Counted from the whole stretch's first letter, positions 32,047-40,765 are shown. The stretch is 60,656 nucleotides of DNA, filler included, from 7 parts of 7 records of this genome joined end to end with filler, not necessarily neighbours in it; one strand, 5' to 3'. The notes: generated by a model not told the origin, from the letters alone. Numbers and translations: made by a program.

Positions 32047-32187
32047 CTATACCCACCCTAGCTCTTTAGCTATTTTGTCTGCAATATCTTGGATGTCATC
32101 GTCTACGTAGACGGCGTTGTCATCCCCCAATTCCGCTTCAAGAAGAGCATCCTGCTCTTCTTGAACTGATTGTTCCCTTATATCCAT
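32047..32187 (-). CDS. Small acidic hypothetical phage protein, 46 aa
   Basis: MDIREQSVQEEQDALLEAELG...; GAGGT RBS overlaps the end of the upstream AAA gene. Confidence 0.65.
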   Translation of the reverse strand: MDIREQSVQEEQDALLEAELGDDNAVYVDDDIQDIADKIAKELGWV

Positions 32188-32189
32188 AC

Positions 32190-34373
32190 TTACCTCAACT
32201 TCAGCATGGCCCAGACCTTCCAGCCCGGATCGTCCAGAGTCTTCCCTTTCCGCTCCCATGCTCTTGCCGTAGAAACTGCATCACGGAACTTCCGAAAGTC
32301 CATCTGCCTAATAGAGCCGCTCTTTTCGACCAGAAACTCCCAAACCTTAACTTTGTACTCCAGAGAAACCTCGGGGTACTGGCCGAGCAGATCTCCCAGA
32401 ATAGTTCTCATGTATTCAAGGGTCTGCTCTACCGTCATGTCGATCTTGATTTCTGCACAACGTGAAAGCAGAGCCTCAGGGAAGTTCATCATATTGGAAA
32501 CGATGATTATCTTTGACAGGAACTGGAACTTCTCAGGGGGAGCTCCGACGTTCATGAATGCGCCATCACCGTATTCCACTCCATCGTCGGAAGTGAAGTC
32601 GATCTCTTCTTCCTTTAGAGCTCTCATGTCCTGCACATGTGCATAATCAGCTTCATCCAGCTCAAACAGCATATTTCCGCTGTCATCGACAGATATCGTA
32701 CTGGGTCCAGCAGACTCCTTTTTGATATAGGAGATCCAGCGATCCTCGGCATCGGATTGCAAAGCGGCTTTCAGGAAGTTCTGAGAGTCCTTGTTGGTGA
32801 TGAACTGATCCATATCATCCAGAATTAGGATTGTATCCCGTGCATGCCTCCAGAGAAGCTGAAGAATACCAGTCTTACCTGCTACCGATCCAGTATAAAC
32901 AAAGAAGTCCCGATCTGGAGCAAGACCCATTGCCTTGAACTTCTTCTTGATGGTGAAGGACTTTCCGATACCGGCCTGCCCATAGAGGATCAGACCATTA
33001 ACCATAGGGTCCCCTGCCCCCATCTGCTCAAGCGTCGCATCCAGAATATCGTAAACGACTAAGTGCTCATTTTCGATGATCTCTGTCTGGAACCGCTCAA
33101 CATCAGGCCGCTCTTCCGGAGGAGTAATAGGTTGTTCCTGCCGTGGACGGCGCCGTGTAGCCGCTGTAACATTCAGCGAAAGCCCTTCTGCTTCAAAGTG
33201 CTTCTGAATATTCCGCATCAGGGTAGTCCGGTTCTTCGGCTGCTCATTTACATCCTGACAGTACTGGGTGTAGTCATCCAATACTTCCTGCCAACCACTG
33301 TAGCGTCCAGACTGAAGGTCACTCATTACGTTACCCGTCTGCATGAAGTTCATAACAACATTGTTGACTCTCTGACGCTCATCCAGAGATACAGCCTCCC
33401 AAATATCCTCACCACGGACCATCAGCTCGATGTCAGCGATAGTCTGCACAATGTTCAGCCCGTTTAGTGCCAGGTTCACATCAGGGGCTTCGGAGGGGCC
33501 TGCGAAATAGTCTACGGAAATGACCTCATCTGACTTGCCCAGCAGGAAGTTAACTCTCAGGGCTTTATCCCCTCCATCGAAGAATGCCATATACCCAGCG
33601 AACTTTCCTTCTGAGGTCTGGTATGTGCGAGGGATGTCGGAGAGCATAAACTCAGTTCCGAGCCGTCTTCCCAATACATTCAGCATTTTCTCTACGACCT
33701 TCAGGGCATCCCCAGAGGCAAACTTGGCCTCTTGTAAGGCGTCTTTCTTATCCACGATTTGATTCTCCTGTTGATTCTTACTATTCAAATATGTCTGGTA
33801 TCTTTCCCAGAGCTTTTGAGTGATAAGGTAGAAAGATGAGCTACTACCTCGACTGGCATCCCTCTGAGAGTTCTTTTTATTTGCGAAGAAGAACTTCTCC
33901 GGTACTCTTCCGAGCCCTTGCTCCTCAATCGTCTTACTAGTCATGTAATACATGGCCGTTAATCTTGGGTGAGCTGTACAGAACGTCAGGCAGTTGATCT
34001 GTACTTTCCTCAAAAAGATTTCAATACTCTTAAGAACATTTCCCAAAACCAAGGGGCCGATCCCCCCGCGAAGCTCTCTCATTCCCGTTCGGTTGTTTCG
34101 AAAGGTCAGGTTGTAGCTTTTATTTAGCTTCACTACATCACTACGCTCAGGATATTCCTGACGGGACATATGAGCATTGTTCTGAGATGGTCCGGTGATG
34201 CTTACCTCGTAGACGATTGAATCCCATTCATCGCTTAGCTGACCACCTTGCTCGGGGTCCCAAAGATGCGGGTAATCCTCTCTACGGACAGTAAACTCTG
34301 CTTGCAGACCTTCATTGTTCACAGATCTTATGAACAGAGGGACTTTCATACGTCCCCTTTCTTGCAACTGCAC
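32190..34373 (-). CDS. Multidomain phage protein with C-terminal AAA+ ATPase (probable virion-internal protein)
   Basis: Walker A GQAGIGKS, Walker B ILILDD, sensor 'VSN', 'ALLSRC'; AGGAG RBS plus GTG start. Confidence 0.75.
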   Translation of the reverse strand: MQLQERGRMKVPLFIRSVNNEGLQAEFTVRREDYPHLWDPEQGGQLSDEWDSIVYEVSITGPSQNNAHMSRQEYPERSDVVKLNKSYNLTFRNNRTGMRELRGGIGPLVLGNVLKSIEIFLRKVQINCLTFCTAHPRLTAMYYMTSKTIEEQGLGRVPEKFFFANKKNSQRDASRGSSSSFYLITQKLWERYQTYLNSKNQQENQIVDKKDALQEAKFASGDALKVVEKMLNVLGRRLGTEFMLSDIPRTYQTSEGKFAGYMAFFDGGDKALRVNFLLGKSDEVISVDYFAGPSEAPDVNLALNGLNIVQTIADIELMVRGEDIWEAVSLDERQRVNNVVMNFMQTGNVMSDLQSGRYSGWQEVLDDYTQYCQDVNEQPKNRTTLMRNIQKHFEAEGLSLNVTAATRRRPRQEQPITPPEERPDVERFQTEIIENEHLVVYDILDATLEQMGAGDPMVNGLILYGQAGIGKSFTIKKKFKAMGLAPDRDFFVYTGSVAGKTGILQLLWRHARDTILILDDMDQFITNKDSQNFLKAALQSDAEDRWISYIKKESAGPSTISVDDSGNMLFELDEADYAHVQDMRALKEEEIDFTSDDGVEYGDGAFMNVGAPPEKFQFLSKIIIVSNMMNFPEALLSRCAEIKIDMTVEQTLEYMRTILGDLLGQYPEVSLEYKVKVWEFLVEKSGSIRQMDFRKFRDAVSTARAWERKGKTLDDPGWKVWAMLKLR

Positions 34374-34429
34374 AGTGATCTCTCCTACGTTATTTCTTAC
34401 TCTTTAATAGTGAGAAAAGGGGCAGAATG

Positions 34430-34454
34430 AAAAAGCCGCCCGTGAGAGCGGCTT
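34430..34454 (-). terminator. Intrinsic terminator after phage polA
   Basis: Minus strand AAGCCGC-tctcacgg-GCGGCTT followed by T-tract. Confidence 0.75.
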
Positions 34455-34473
34455 GGGGAGTGAGGAGATTACC

Positions 34474-37323
34474 TTATGCGGCTACAGCCTCGACTTCCTC
34501 TTTATTTGATAGTTCCGGAAAAAGATCTTTGAAAGTTTCACCTTCCCATACCGGTGCAGATCCCCAGTACGTACGCTTTTCCTCAACTGGGTGAACCGGG
34601 TAGGCAATATCCGCTTCCGCAGTGAAGCTGATACCGTTGTATTCAGGGTAGTCCTTCTCCATATTCTCTTTGATGATTCGGTATGCTTCAGCCATTTCAT
34701 CCTTATGGATGTACTTGTTAACCGCGTCATGGATCATCCCAAAGAGGAAGGACTGCATCTTATTCTTCTCGAAATCGACATGAATACCGGTCATAGCCCG
34801 AGCCACAACAGCAACCTCAAAGTTCTGCACTCTGGAGTTGACTGCAATGTTCTCCCATCCCCCGACTTCTTTCTTATCCGAGTCCTTCCCTATATAGGTG
34901 AGCTGTGGGAGGAGTCGGCGAGCTCCGTGTAGACACCGGATATACCCCATTTCCTTCGCCTCATTATGGCATTCTTCAATCCAAGGCTGGAGTCTCTTGT
35001 ATCTCCCAAAGAACGACTCGTGCACGAACCCAGCCACGAGAAGTGCAATTTCTTGGAAGTTTCTCTTTAGCAGACCGGTAAAATCTCCTTCAAGTTTTCC
35101 TAGCCGTTTCAGGGATTTTTCATCAGTGGCCCCCTTAAGGGATTCAATTTCCGCCTTCAAAGCCTGAAGAGTATCAAACACAGTTTTCAGTGAGGAACCA
35201 CTGTCTGTTGGATTGAGTTCCATCTCCAGACTGAACTCAAAACACTCGGAAGGCTTCCAGTCTTTCATGATTACATTAAAGCACACTCCGTATACTGTTG
35301 AACCAAAAAGCATTCCGAAGTTCGCTCCTTTGGCTTTCTGCCTAGCATTCTTACAGAACGGTGAAACCTTCTTAAATCGCAGGAAATCATCAAGCTCAAC
35401 GACCTTGTGCACTTCCCCAATTTGTACCGCTCCTTCCTTCAAAAGTTTGTGTCTATCATCTGACTTCGGTGTGATGTCCCACAGAAGCTCATCGGTGCTA
35501 CCGTCCGGGAACTGCCATTTTATGTACTTCATCGGGAAGTTACAGAATATTGCATGACCCGTCAGGCTGTGCATATCCCCGTGTCCCATAAAGATCTCTC
35601 TCATAACTGGGTCTTCTGAAAGCACTGCACCGATCCTGAGCTGAAGCCCATCAAAGTCGGTCTCGGATATAAGGAAGTCATCCGAGGGAACTGCAAAGCA
35701 CATTCTGATGAGCTTCGCAATGGCTCCATGCTTGGGATAGTTCTGGAGGTTTGGGTTATTGCACCGGAGTCTGTGCGAGTTCGCCATCATGACAAGGAAG
35801 TTCGGGTGAAGCTTCTCGTCCACTCCCATATACTTCCAGAAACCTTTTCCCTGCTCTTCCAAGCCCACAAAGGTGCCCTGTGCGGTGACATACTTCTGCC
35901 GCTTAGCTATGAGGTCAGCCCCTTCAAGCCCCAGCTCTACCCATTCTTTGACCGTATCTTTATTGATCTTGTAGAAGCCTTTCTTATCTCTGTCGATCTC
36001 AGGCCAACCGAGAGCTTCCAACTTCAGTGCAAATTCATCACCATTGAAGTTAATCTCACCAAAGTACTGGTGCATCTCCTTCTCTATATTCTTTATGATT
36101 CCCGTGAATTCAGCTCCTACCTTGCGAACCATATCCCAAGCCAGAGTTACACCGGCCAGCTCAATGTCCGGGAAGATCCGCACGAAAGGCATCACGATAT
36201 TCCAGAAGTAGTCATTCAGTGTAGGTTCACGGGCTAGTTGCTCCTTCATACGCTCATACACCTGAAATGTTACGATGGCGTCCATGGTGGCGTATTCCCT
36301 TAAGATGGGCTCAGGGATATCCGCATAGCTATCCATTTTCTTATACTGATGTTTGAACAGCTCCAGTTCCAGATCATAGCCGCCGTAAGTAGTGTATAGC
36401 CATCCATGCGTTTTCAGAGAGTTACTGCGCATTTCATTAAGGATGTGACCGGCATGCATGGTGTCAAAATCCACCTTTAGGTTTTTAAAAGGGTAGATCC
36501 ACTTCATAAACTTCAGGTCGAATTTCAGGTTTGCCCCTACCTGAAACTTATTCGCCATGAACTCATCAAAAAGCTCCAAATCTTTCAAATCCTTGAAGCG
36601 GAGGTAATACCCATCCAAACCATTGAAGGTGATTGTGAGGCATATAATATAGCCCCTCTGGTAATCTAAGGAGCTGGTCTCAAGGTCCCATGCACAGACT
36701 TTCTTACTCCAGTTCTCTCGCATCCACTGTACTGGATCCTCAACCAGAAACTTCCCAAGGAGTGGCGTTCTGCGGGGGACGCACACAAACTTAAGAGCTC
36801 GCCTGATCTGATCTTTCAGGAACTTCAAGTAGAAATTATCTAAACCCCGTCTTTGACCAGCGTTATACCACTTGAAACCGGGGTCTACTGGAAAGACCTG
36901 ACACTGGAGGTTCGGTGCATAGAAGTGAGTTTCTTGGAAATTACTGTCATAGAAACCTTCAACTTTGATGTCGGAGTCCATAGTGACACCCATCAAAGCA
37001 CGTCCAAGAGTAATTACTTTCTTATGTGCAGGTATATATTTCCTTATATCAAGTGCATTCTTGATATAGAAGTTAGTTGGATTTTTGGATATCTCACTTG
37101 ACTTAACATTCAATCCGAATGTATTTATCACTTGAAATCCAACTTCAGGAAACAAAGTCTGCATATGACGAATAAGATAATTAATTTCCCCGATACCTTT
37201 TGTTTCAGTCAAAAAGTAAACATCATGGTTTGTATGGAATGACTTAAAAAGTATTGGATTGATTTCTTTTCCCTGAAACTTCTTAGTTATTGTTGCTTTC
37301 TTTTTCTTAAGCGGGCTAGGCAA
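34474..37323 (-). CDS. polA: Phage family A DNA polymerase with 3'-5' exonuclease and N-terminal degenerate UDG-like domain
   Basis: Exo 'WDLETS', 'NLKFD', 'YATMDA'; Pol 'NPNLQN', motif A 'DFDGLQLR', motif B 'RQKAKGANFG', motif C 'IHD'; GAGGAGG RBS plus TTG at 37323. Confidence 0.92.
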   Translation of the reverse strand: MPSPLKKKKATITKKFQGKEINPILFKSFHTNHDVYFLTETKGIGEINYLIRHMQTLFPEVGFQVINTFGLNVKSSEISKNPTNFYIKNALDIRKYIPAHKKVITLGRALMGVTMDSDIKVEGFYDSNFQETHFYAPNLQCQVFPVDPGFKWYNAGQRRGLDNFYLKFLKDQIRRALKFVCVPRRTPLLGKFLVEDPVQWMRENWSKKVCAWDLETSSLDYQRGYIICLTITFNGLDGYYLRFKDLKDLELFDEFMANKFQVGANLKFDLKFMKWIYPFKNLKVDFDTMHAGHILNEMRSNSLKTHGWLYTTYGGYDLELELFKHQYKKMDSYADIPEPILREYATMDAIVTFQVYERMKEQLAREPTLNDYFWNIVMPFVRIFPDIELAGVTLAWDMVRKVGAEFTGIIKNIEKEMHQYFGEINFNGDEFALKLEALGWPEIDRDKKGFYKINKDTVKEWVELGLEGADLIAKRQKYVTAQGTFVGLEEQGKGFWKYMGVDEKLHPNFLVMMANSHRLRCNNPNLQNYPKHGAIAKLIRMCFAVPSDDFLISETDFDGLQLRIGAVLSEDPVMREIFMGHGDMHSLTGHAIFCNFPMKYIKWQFPDGSTDELLWDITPKSDDRHKLLKEGAVQIGEVHKVVELDDFLRFKKVSPFCKNARQKAKGANFGMLFGSTVYGVCFNVIMKDWKPSECFEFSLEMELNPTDSGSSLKTVFDTLQALKAEIESLKGATDEKSLKRLGKLEGDFTGLLKRNFQEIALLVAGFVHESFFGRYKRLQPWIEECHNEAKEMGYIRCLHGARRLLPQLTYIGKDSDKKEVGGWENIAVNSRVQNFEVAVVARAMTGIHVDFEKNKMQSFLFGMIHDAVNKYIHKDEMAEAYRIIKENMEKDYPEYNGISFTAEADIAYPVHPVEEKRTYWGSAPVWEGETFKDLFPELSNKEEVEAVAA

Positions 37324-37363
37324 GTGTTCCTCCTCATAGATTGTGAATATCGTTTCCAAAGAG

Positions 37364-37394
37364 TAAGTACACCAACAAAGCATTTTTTAGAGAA
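37364..37394 (-). promoter_or_regulatory. Putative phage-sigma promoter upstream of polA
   Basis: TTCTCTAAAAA-N12-TGTACTTA; identical boxes and spacing at 40735-40765. Confidence 0.65.
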
Positions 37395-37469
37395 ATTATT
37401 AAATCGTTACTGGACTTTGAAATATTTAGCTGATTGAAGTAAAATACAATATATGTTATCAATCAAAAC

Positions 37470-37498
37470 TTGACATCGAAAAGATGGCATGTTAGTTT
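37470..37498 (+). promoter_or_regulatory. Sigma70-type promoter for the 122-aa ORF
   Basis: TTGACA-N17-TAGTTT with extended TG. Confidence 0.65.
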
Positions 37499-37564
37499 TG
37501 CATACGTTAAGTGAACACGGATGATACGTATCCAACTATCGATATGTAAAAGAGGATAAATAAA

Positions 37565-37933
37565 ATGAGTAAAAGTAAAGACTTCCGTAAACTTCATAAA
37601 CTTCTGAAAGAGCAAACTGAACTTGCAAAAAGAATTTCAGATGGACTTCAAATGATTCACCATATAATGAGTGAATATCAAATTAAAAGTGCTGAAGATA
37701 TTCTCTCAATAACTGAAAAATGCGATTCCGTTGATGACGTATATAAAGCGGCAAAAACTATAAACATTTCGACAGATTGTTTGATTGCCGAAGTTACAAA
37801 AGAAGAGCTTGATACCACAATTCAACAAATTGTCATGGGTGGTGGTGGATTAGTATGTTACTTTAATGAAGGTGAAAATTATTATATTTCATATACACCC
37901 ATTGAAAACTTTTCATCAGATTATTTTATTTAA
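37565..37933 (+). CDS. Hypothetical phage protein (AT-rich, opposite strand to neighbours)
   Basis: 122-aa ORF with AGAGGA RBS and its own promoter; no recognisable motif. Confidence 0.7.
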   Translation: MSKSKDFRKLHKLLKEQTELAKRISDGLQMIHHIMSEYQIKSAEDILSITEKCDSVDDVYKAAKTINISTDCLIAEVTKEELDTTIQQIVMGGGGLVCYFNEGENYYISYTPIENFSSDYFI

Positions 37934-38552
37934 TTAACTTTTTCCTTTTTGTTATTTTTTCACTGTTAAAACCTTTAAATTGACCGAGACTTGCATATTC
38001 GTGAACATCAAATATGCTAAGTCTAGGTTTCTCTATATAGCTCCTTTCATATACAAACCAGCCAGTAACCAGCCCTCCTAAATGATATAGACCGTCCTCT
38101 CTGTAGGTTGTTCTGTAGTCAACCTGCCGGTTGAACACATACACATCCCGAAGACCGTTCCATATACCATTCCGGCTTCTTCCGACACATCCGTAATAGT
38201 TCATACGTCCTAGAACAACAAGCTTCTGAGGGTTTAGCTCTTTGGCTCTAAAAACAAAGGCATCCCAGAGGTCAAAGGGAGGATTCATCAGAATCTCTCC
38301 ATCCCATGAGTCAAACTCCTCGGAGAGTAGGAAGTCATGCCCCTGCATGAGATCCCTTTCGGTAATTTGGACACCGGGTTGTTTCTGTTTCAAAGCTTTT
38401 CCAAGGGCCCTATACCCACAGCAGGGGTCAAGGACGTTATGAAACTGCTCAGCTTCCGAAAGCGCCCATGTCAGGCTGAATGGTGTATGGTATAGATCAT
38501 TATCAGGTCGGTCATTGGCCTTTTTACGGCTCAAGTATGCTTTTCCACTCAT
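37926..38552 (-). CDS. Orphan amino-DNA methyltransferase (N6-adenine/N4-cytosine)
   Basis: 'DLYHTP', motif I 'LDPCCG', motif IV 'NPPF'; ATGA-coupled to primase. Confidence 0.85.
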   Translation of the reverse strand: MSGKAYLSRKKANDRPDNDLYHTPFSLTWALSEAEQFHNVLDPCCGYRALGKALKQKQPGVQITERDLMQGHDFLLSEEFDSWDGEILMNPPFDLWDAFVFRAKELNPQKLVVLGRMNYYGCVGRSRNGIWNGLRDVYVFNRQVDYRTTYREDGLYHLGGLVTGWFVYERSYIEKPRLSIFDVHEYASLGQFKGFNSEKITKRKKLIK

Positions 38553-39583
38553 ATCAGGGCTTCATAGTCCGGGCTTTCCTCAGTCTCGAATAGATTAAAG
38601 AAATCGATCAACCATTCTGTTGATCGACTTAAGTTCTGCATCGCGGCATGAATTTCCTCCGATGAAGCGTCACCCGGATCATTCCCCTCCCTCTCAAGGA
38701 ACGCGATTCTGAACTCTCTGGGATAAGCAGCTTCCACATTCAGCACAAACTGCCGCCCTCCATCATCAGTATCAGGAAAGAGGATAAGGTCTGGTATTAG
38801 AGTGAGCTGTTGGATCTGAATTCCTGTCAGTTGAATTCCGAAAGTGGTGGACACATTTCTGTACCCGGCCTGCCAGACTTGGAAGAGGTCCATCAACCCC
38901 TCCACCACGATGACTGGCTTACTCAGGTCAAGATCCCCGAAGTTGAAGAGTAGGTTTGTAGTTGCTCCTTTCGGGTACAGGACCTTTTTCTCACCGGGAT
39001 CAGACTGAAGCGCCCTACCTTCTAGCGAAGCAAGCGCCCCGTACTCGTTGTAAATTGGAATTGTAAGTCGATTCCGAAAAGTGTTCACATTGGCGATAGA
39101 GTGCTCAGCTACCTTGATTCCAAAATGTGCAATAGTTTCTGGTGCAATTCTCCGGTGCGAGCAATAATACCGGGCCATGGGGACCTCCATGACTTCCTTC
39201 AGCGCTCCTCCAGTGATCACAACCCGGTCATCAGTCTCCTTTCGAAAGGCCGTGCGATCCTTCTTTTCATACGTCCGTAGATTCCCTTCGAAAGCTTTAT
39301 CTGAAAGGAAGCTGGAGTCAACAGAAAACGCCTTAATAAGAGACTCCCCTGTCACCTCCCGGAAGAGAGAGTAAATGTTCCCGCTGAAATCCCCGGCAAA
39401 ATCAATAACACGACCCGACTCCTTGTAATATACACAGGATGGGTTTTTGTCGGTTCGGAAAGGTGACGAAAATGACAGAAGATGGCCTTTATCTACGAAG
39501 CTTATCCCCATGGTGTGGAAGATGGTCTCCACGCCTATATTAGCTACAATCTCTTTGAAGACTGCGGGATCTATGTCAGGCAC
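38549..39583 (-). CDS. dnaG: DnaG-type primase (TOPRIM)
   Basis: 'FRNRLTIPI', 'EGRAL', 'VIVVEGLMD', 'FPDTDDGG', 'NDPGD'. Confidence 0.88.
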   Translation of the reverse strand: MPDIDPAVFKEIVANIGVETIFHTMGISFVDKGHLLSFSSPFRTDKNPSCVYYKESGRVIDFAGDFSGNIYSLFREVTGESLIKAFSVDSSFLSDKAFEGNLRTYEKKDRTAFRKETDDRVVITGGALKEVMEVPMARYYCSHRRIAPETIAHFGIKVAEHSIANVNTFRNRLTIPIYNEYGALASLEGRALQSDPGEKKVLYPKGATTNLLFNFGDLDLSKPVIVVEGLMDLFQVWQAGYRNVSTTFGIQLTGIQIQQLTLIPDLILFPDTDDGGRQFVLNVEAAYPREFRIAFLEREGNDPGDASSEEIHAAMQNLSRSTEWLIDFFNLFETEESPDYEALI

Positions 39584-40700
39584 TAAGAGGTACCCTCTCT
39601 ACAATTTGACGTACAGGGACTGGATCTTTCTTCTTGGTTTCTGTTTCATGCCCGCTAAGTGTCCGGAGGACCTCAAACTGGAACACATCCTCCCGGAGAT
39701 ATCCCTTCTCCTCTGTTTTTGAGTAGGCATCCATCAAAGCTTCCACCGGAGCACCTTTCAGAGCCTCATAGAGCCGCTTTTGCCACTTATGGGTTACCTT
39801 TCCCGTCAGGTGGTACAGATAAGCATTCAGGAGGGCCTTGCGGGTTTTGTAGAAAACCTCTGAAAAATCAAACTCCTTGAACTTAAGAATTTCTGCATAT
39901 TCATTATGCACAAAAAGCTTGGTGCATATTTGGTCCAGTCGATTGTTTGAGATAAGCCCCAGTTCCGTTGCGACCTCTTCCTCTGTGAACAACTTTGAGC
40001 TCAGGCACCTCTGTAGGTAAACCATCGCCAGCCGCACTGACCCCCGGCAAGCCTGTGCTAGCGTGAAGCACACATTGGTAATAAAGTCCTCATGACTTTC
40101 TGGTAACTCGACCCCTGAAGCAACAGACAGATTGTACAGGTGCTCTGCAATATCGTCCTCGGAAGGGCTTCTGAAATTGTAAGGGGTACATCTAGAAAGA
40201 ATTGCTGTATCGATCTTCTCAGGGTTCATTGTGGTAAGAATCAGGGTCGTCTTCCTATACTTCTTCTCCAGCAGGTTCAGTACAGCACCACGTGAATGGG
40301 AGTTGAGCTCTTGGAACTCATCCAGAATGAAAACTCTGTGCCCACCTGTGAGTGACCGGGAGTTGAGCTGATCCTTCAAAGCCTTAACGTGATCCTTCGT
40401 CATCACTGAGCAGTCGTAGTATTTCACATCCCCGGAATAGGTTTCCTGAATAATGCTCTGGCACACCTGAGACTCCGGATTCGGCTCCTTCACTCCATCA
40501 TCATGGATTATCGGATTCTTATCAGCGATAGTGGCCCCTACCAGCCGCGCCATAGTGGTTTTCCCGGTACCTGTTTGACCCTGAAACACCATTACGGAAG
40601 GGAAAGTTTGAGCTTTGGAATGCTCTTTCATCTCGTTTACAATGAGCTGATGCCCCACGATTGCATCCCAGCTAAACGGTCGTTCTTCTATTGTCAGCAC
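39576..40700 (-). CDS. dnaX: DnaX-like clamp loader AAA+ subunit (gamma/tau-like)
   Basis: 'ERPFSWDAIVGH', 'GQTGTGKTT', 'ILDEFQEL', SRC motif, 'GSVRLA'. Confidence 0.85.
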   Translation of the reverse strand: MLTIEERPFSWDAIVGHQLIVNEMKEHSKAQTFPSVMVFQGQTGTGKTTMARLVGATIADKNPIIHDDGVKEPNPESQVCQSIIQETYSGDVKYYDCSVMTKDHVKALKDQLNSRSLTGGHRVFILDEFQELNSHSRGAVLNLLEKKYRKTTLILTTMNPEKIDTAILSRCTPYNFRSPSEDDIAEHLYNLSVASGVELPESHEDFITNVCFTLAQACRGSVRLAMVYLQRCLSSKLFTEEEVATELGLISNNRLDQICTKLFVHNEYAEILKFKEFDFSEVFYKTRKALLNAYLYHLTGKVTHKWQKRLYEALKGAPVEALMDAYSKTEEKGYLREDVFQFEVLRTLSGHETETKKKDPVPVRQIVERVPLSA

Positions 40701-40734
40701 TGTTTTACTCCAATTTTTGTATTTTCTACCCCTT

Positions 40735-40765
40735 TAAGTACAAGAAAAACTCGATTTTTAGAGAA
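40735..40765 (-). promoter_or_regulatory. Putative phage-sigma promoter upstream of dnaX-dnaG-MTase
   Basis: TTCTCTAAAAA-N12-TGTACTTA, second copy. Confidence 0.65.

Noticed and set aside
34391-34418. Third (late) promoter class TTTTCT-N5-TTAAAG upstream of the AAA gene
   Set aside because: Only a partial resemblance to the dnaX upstream region, lacking both conserved boxes; too little evidence from a single instance.
35030-35560. Inteins or introns in phage polA
   Set aside because: The frame is continuous, and there are no intein terminal residues or homing-endonuclease motifs.
37324-37383. ORF-track start of polA at 37383
   Set aside because: GAGGAGG precedes TTG at 37323, and the extension overlaps the promoter motif.
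37926-38552. Restriction-modification or other defence system
   Set aside because: No nuclease or specificity subunit nearby; the context is phage replication.
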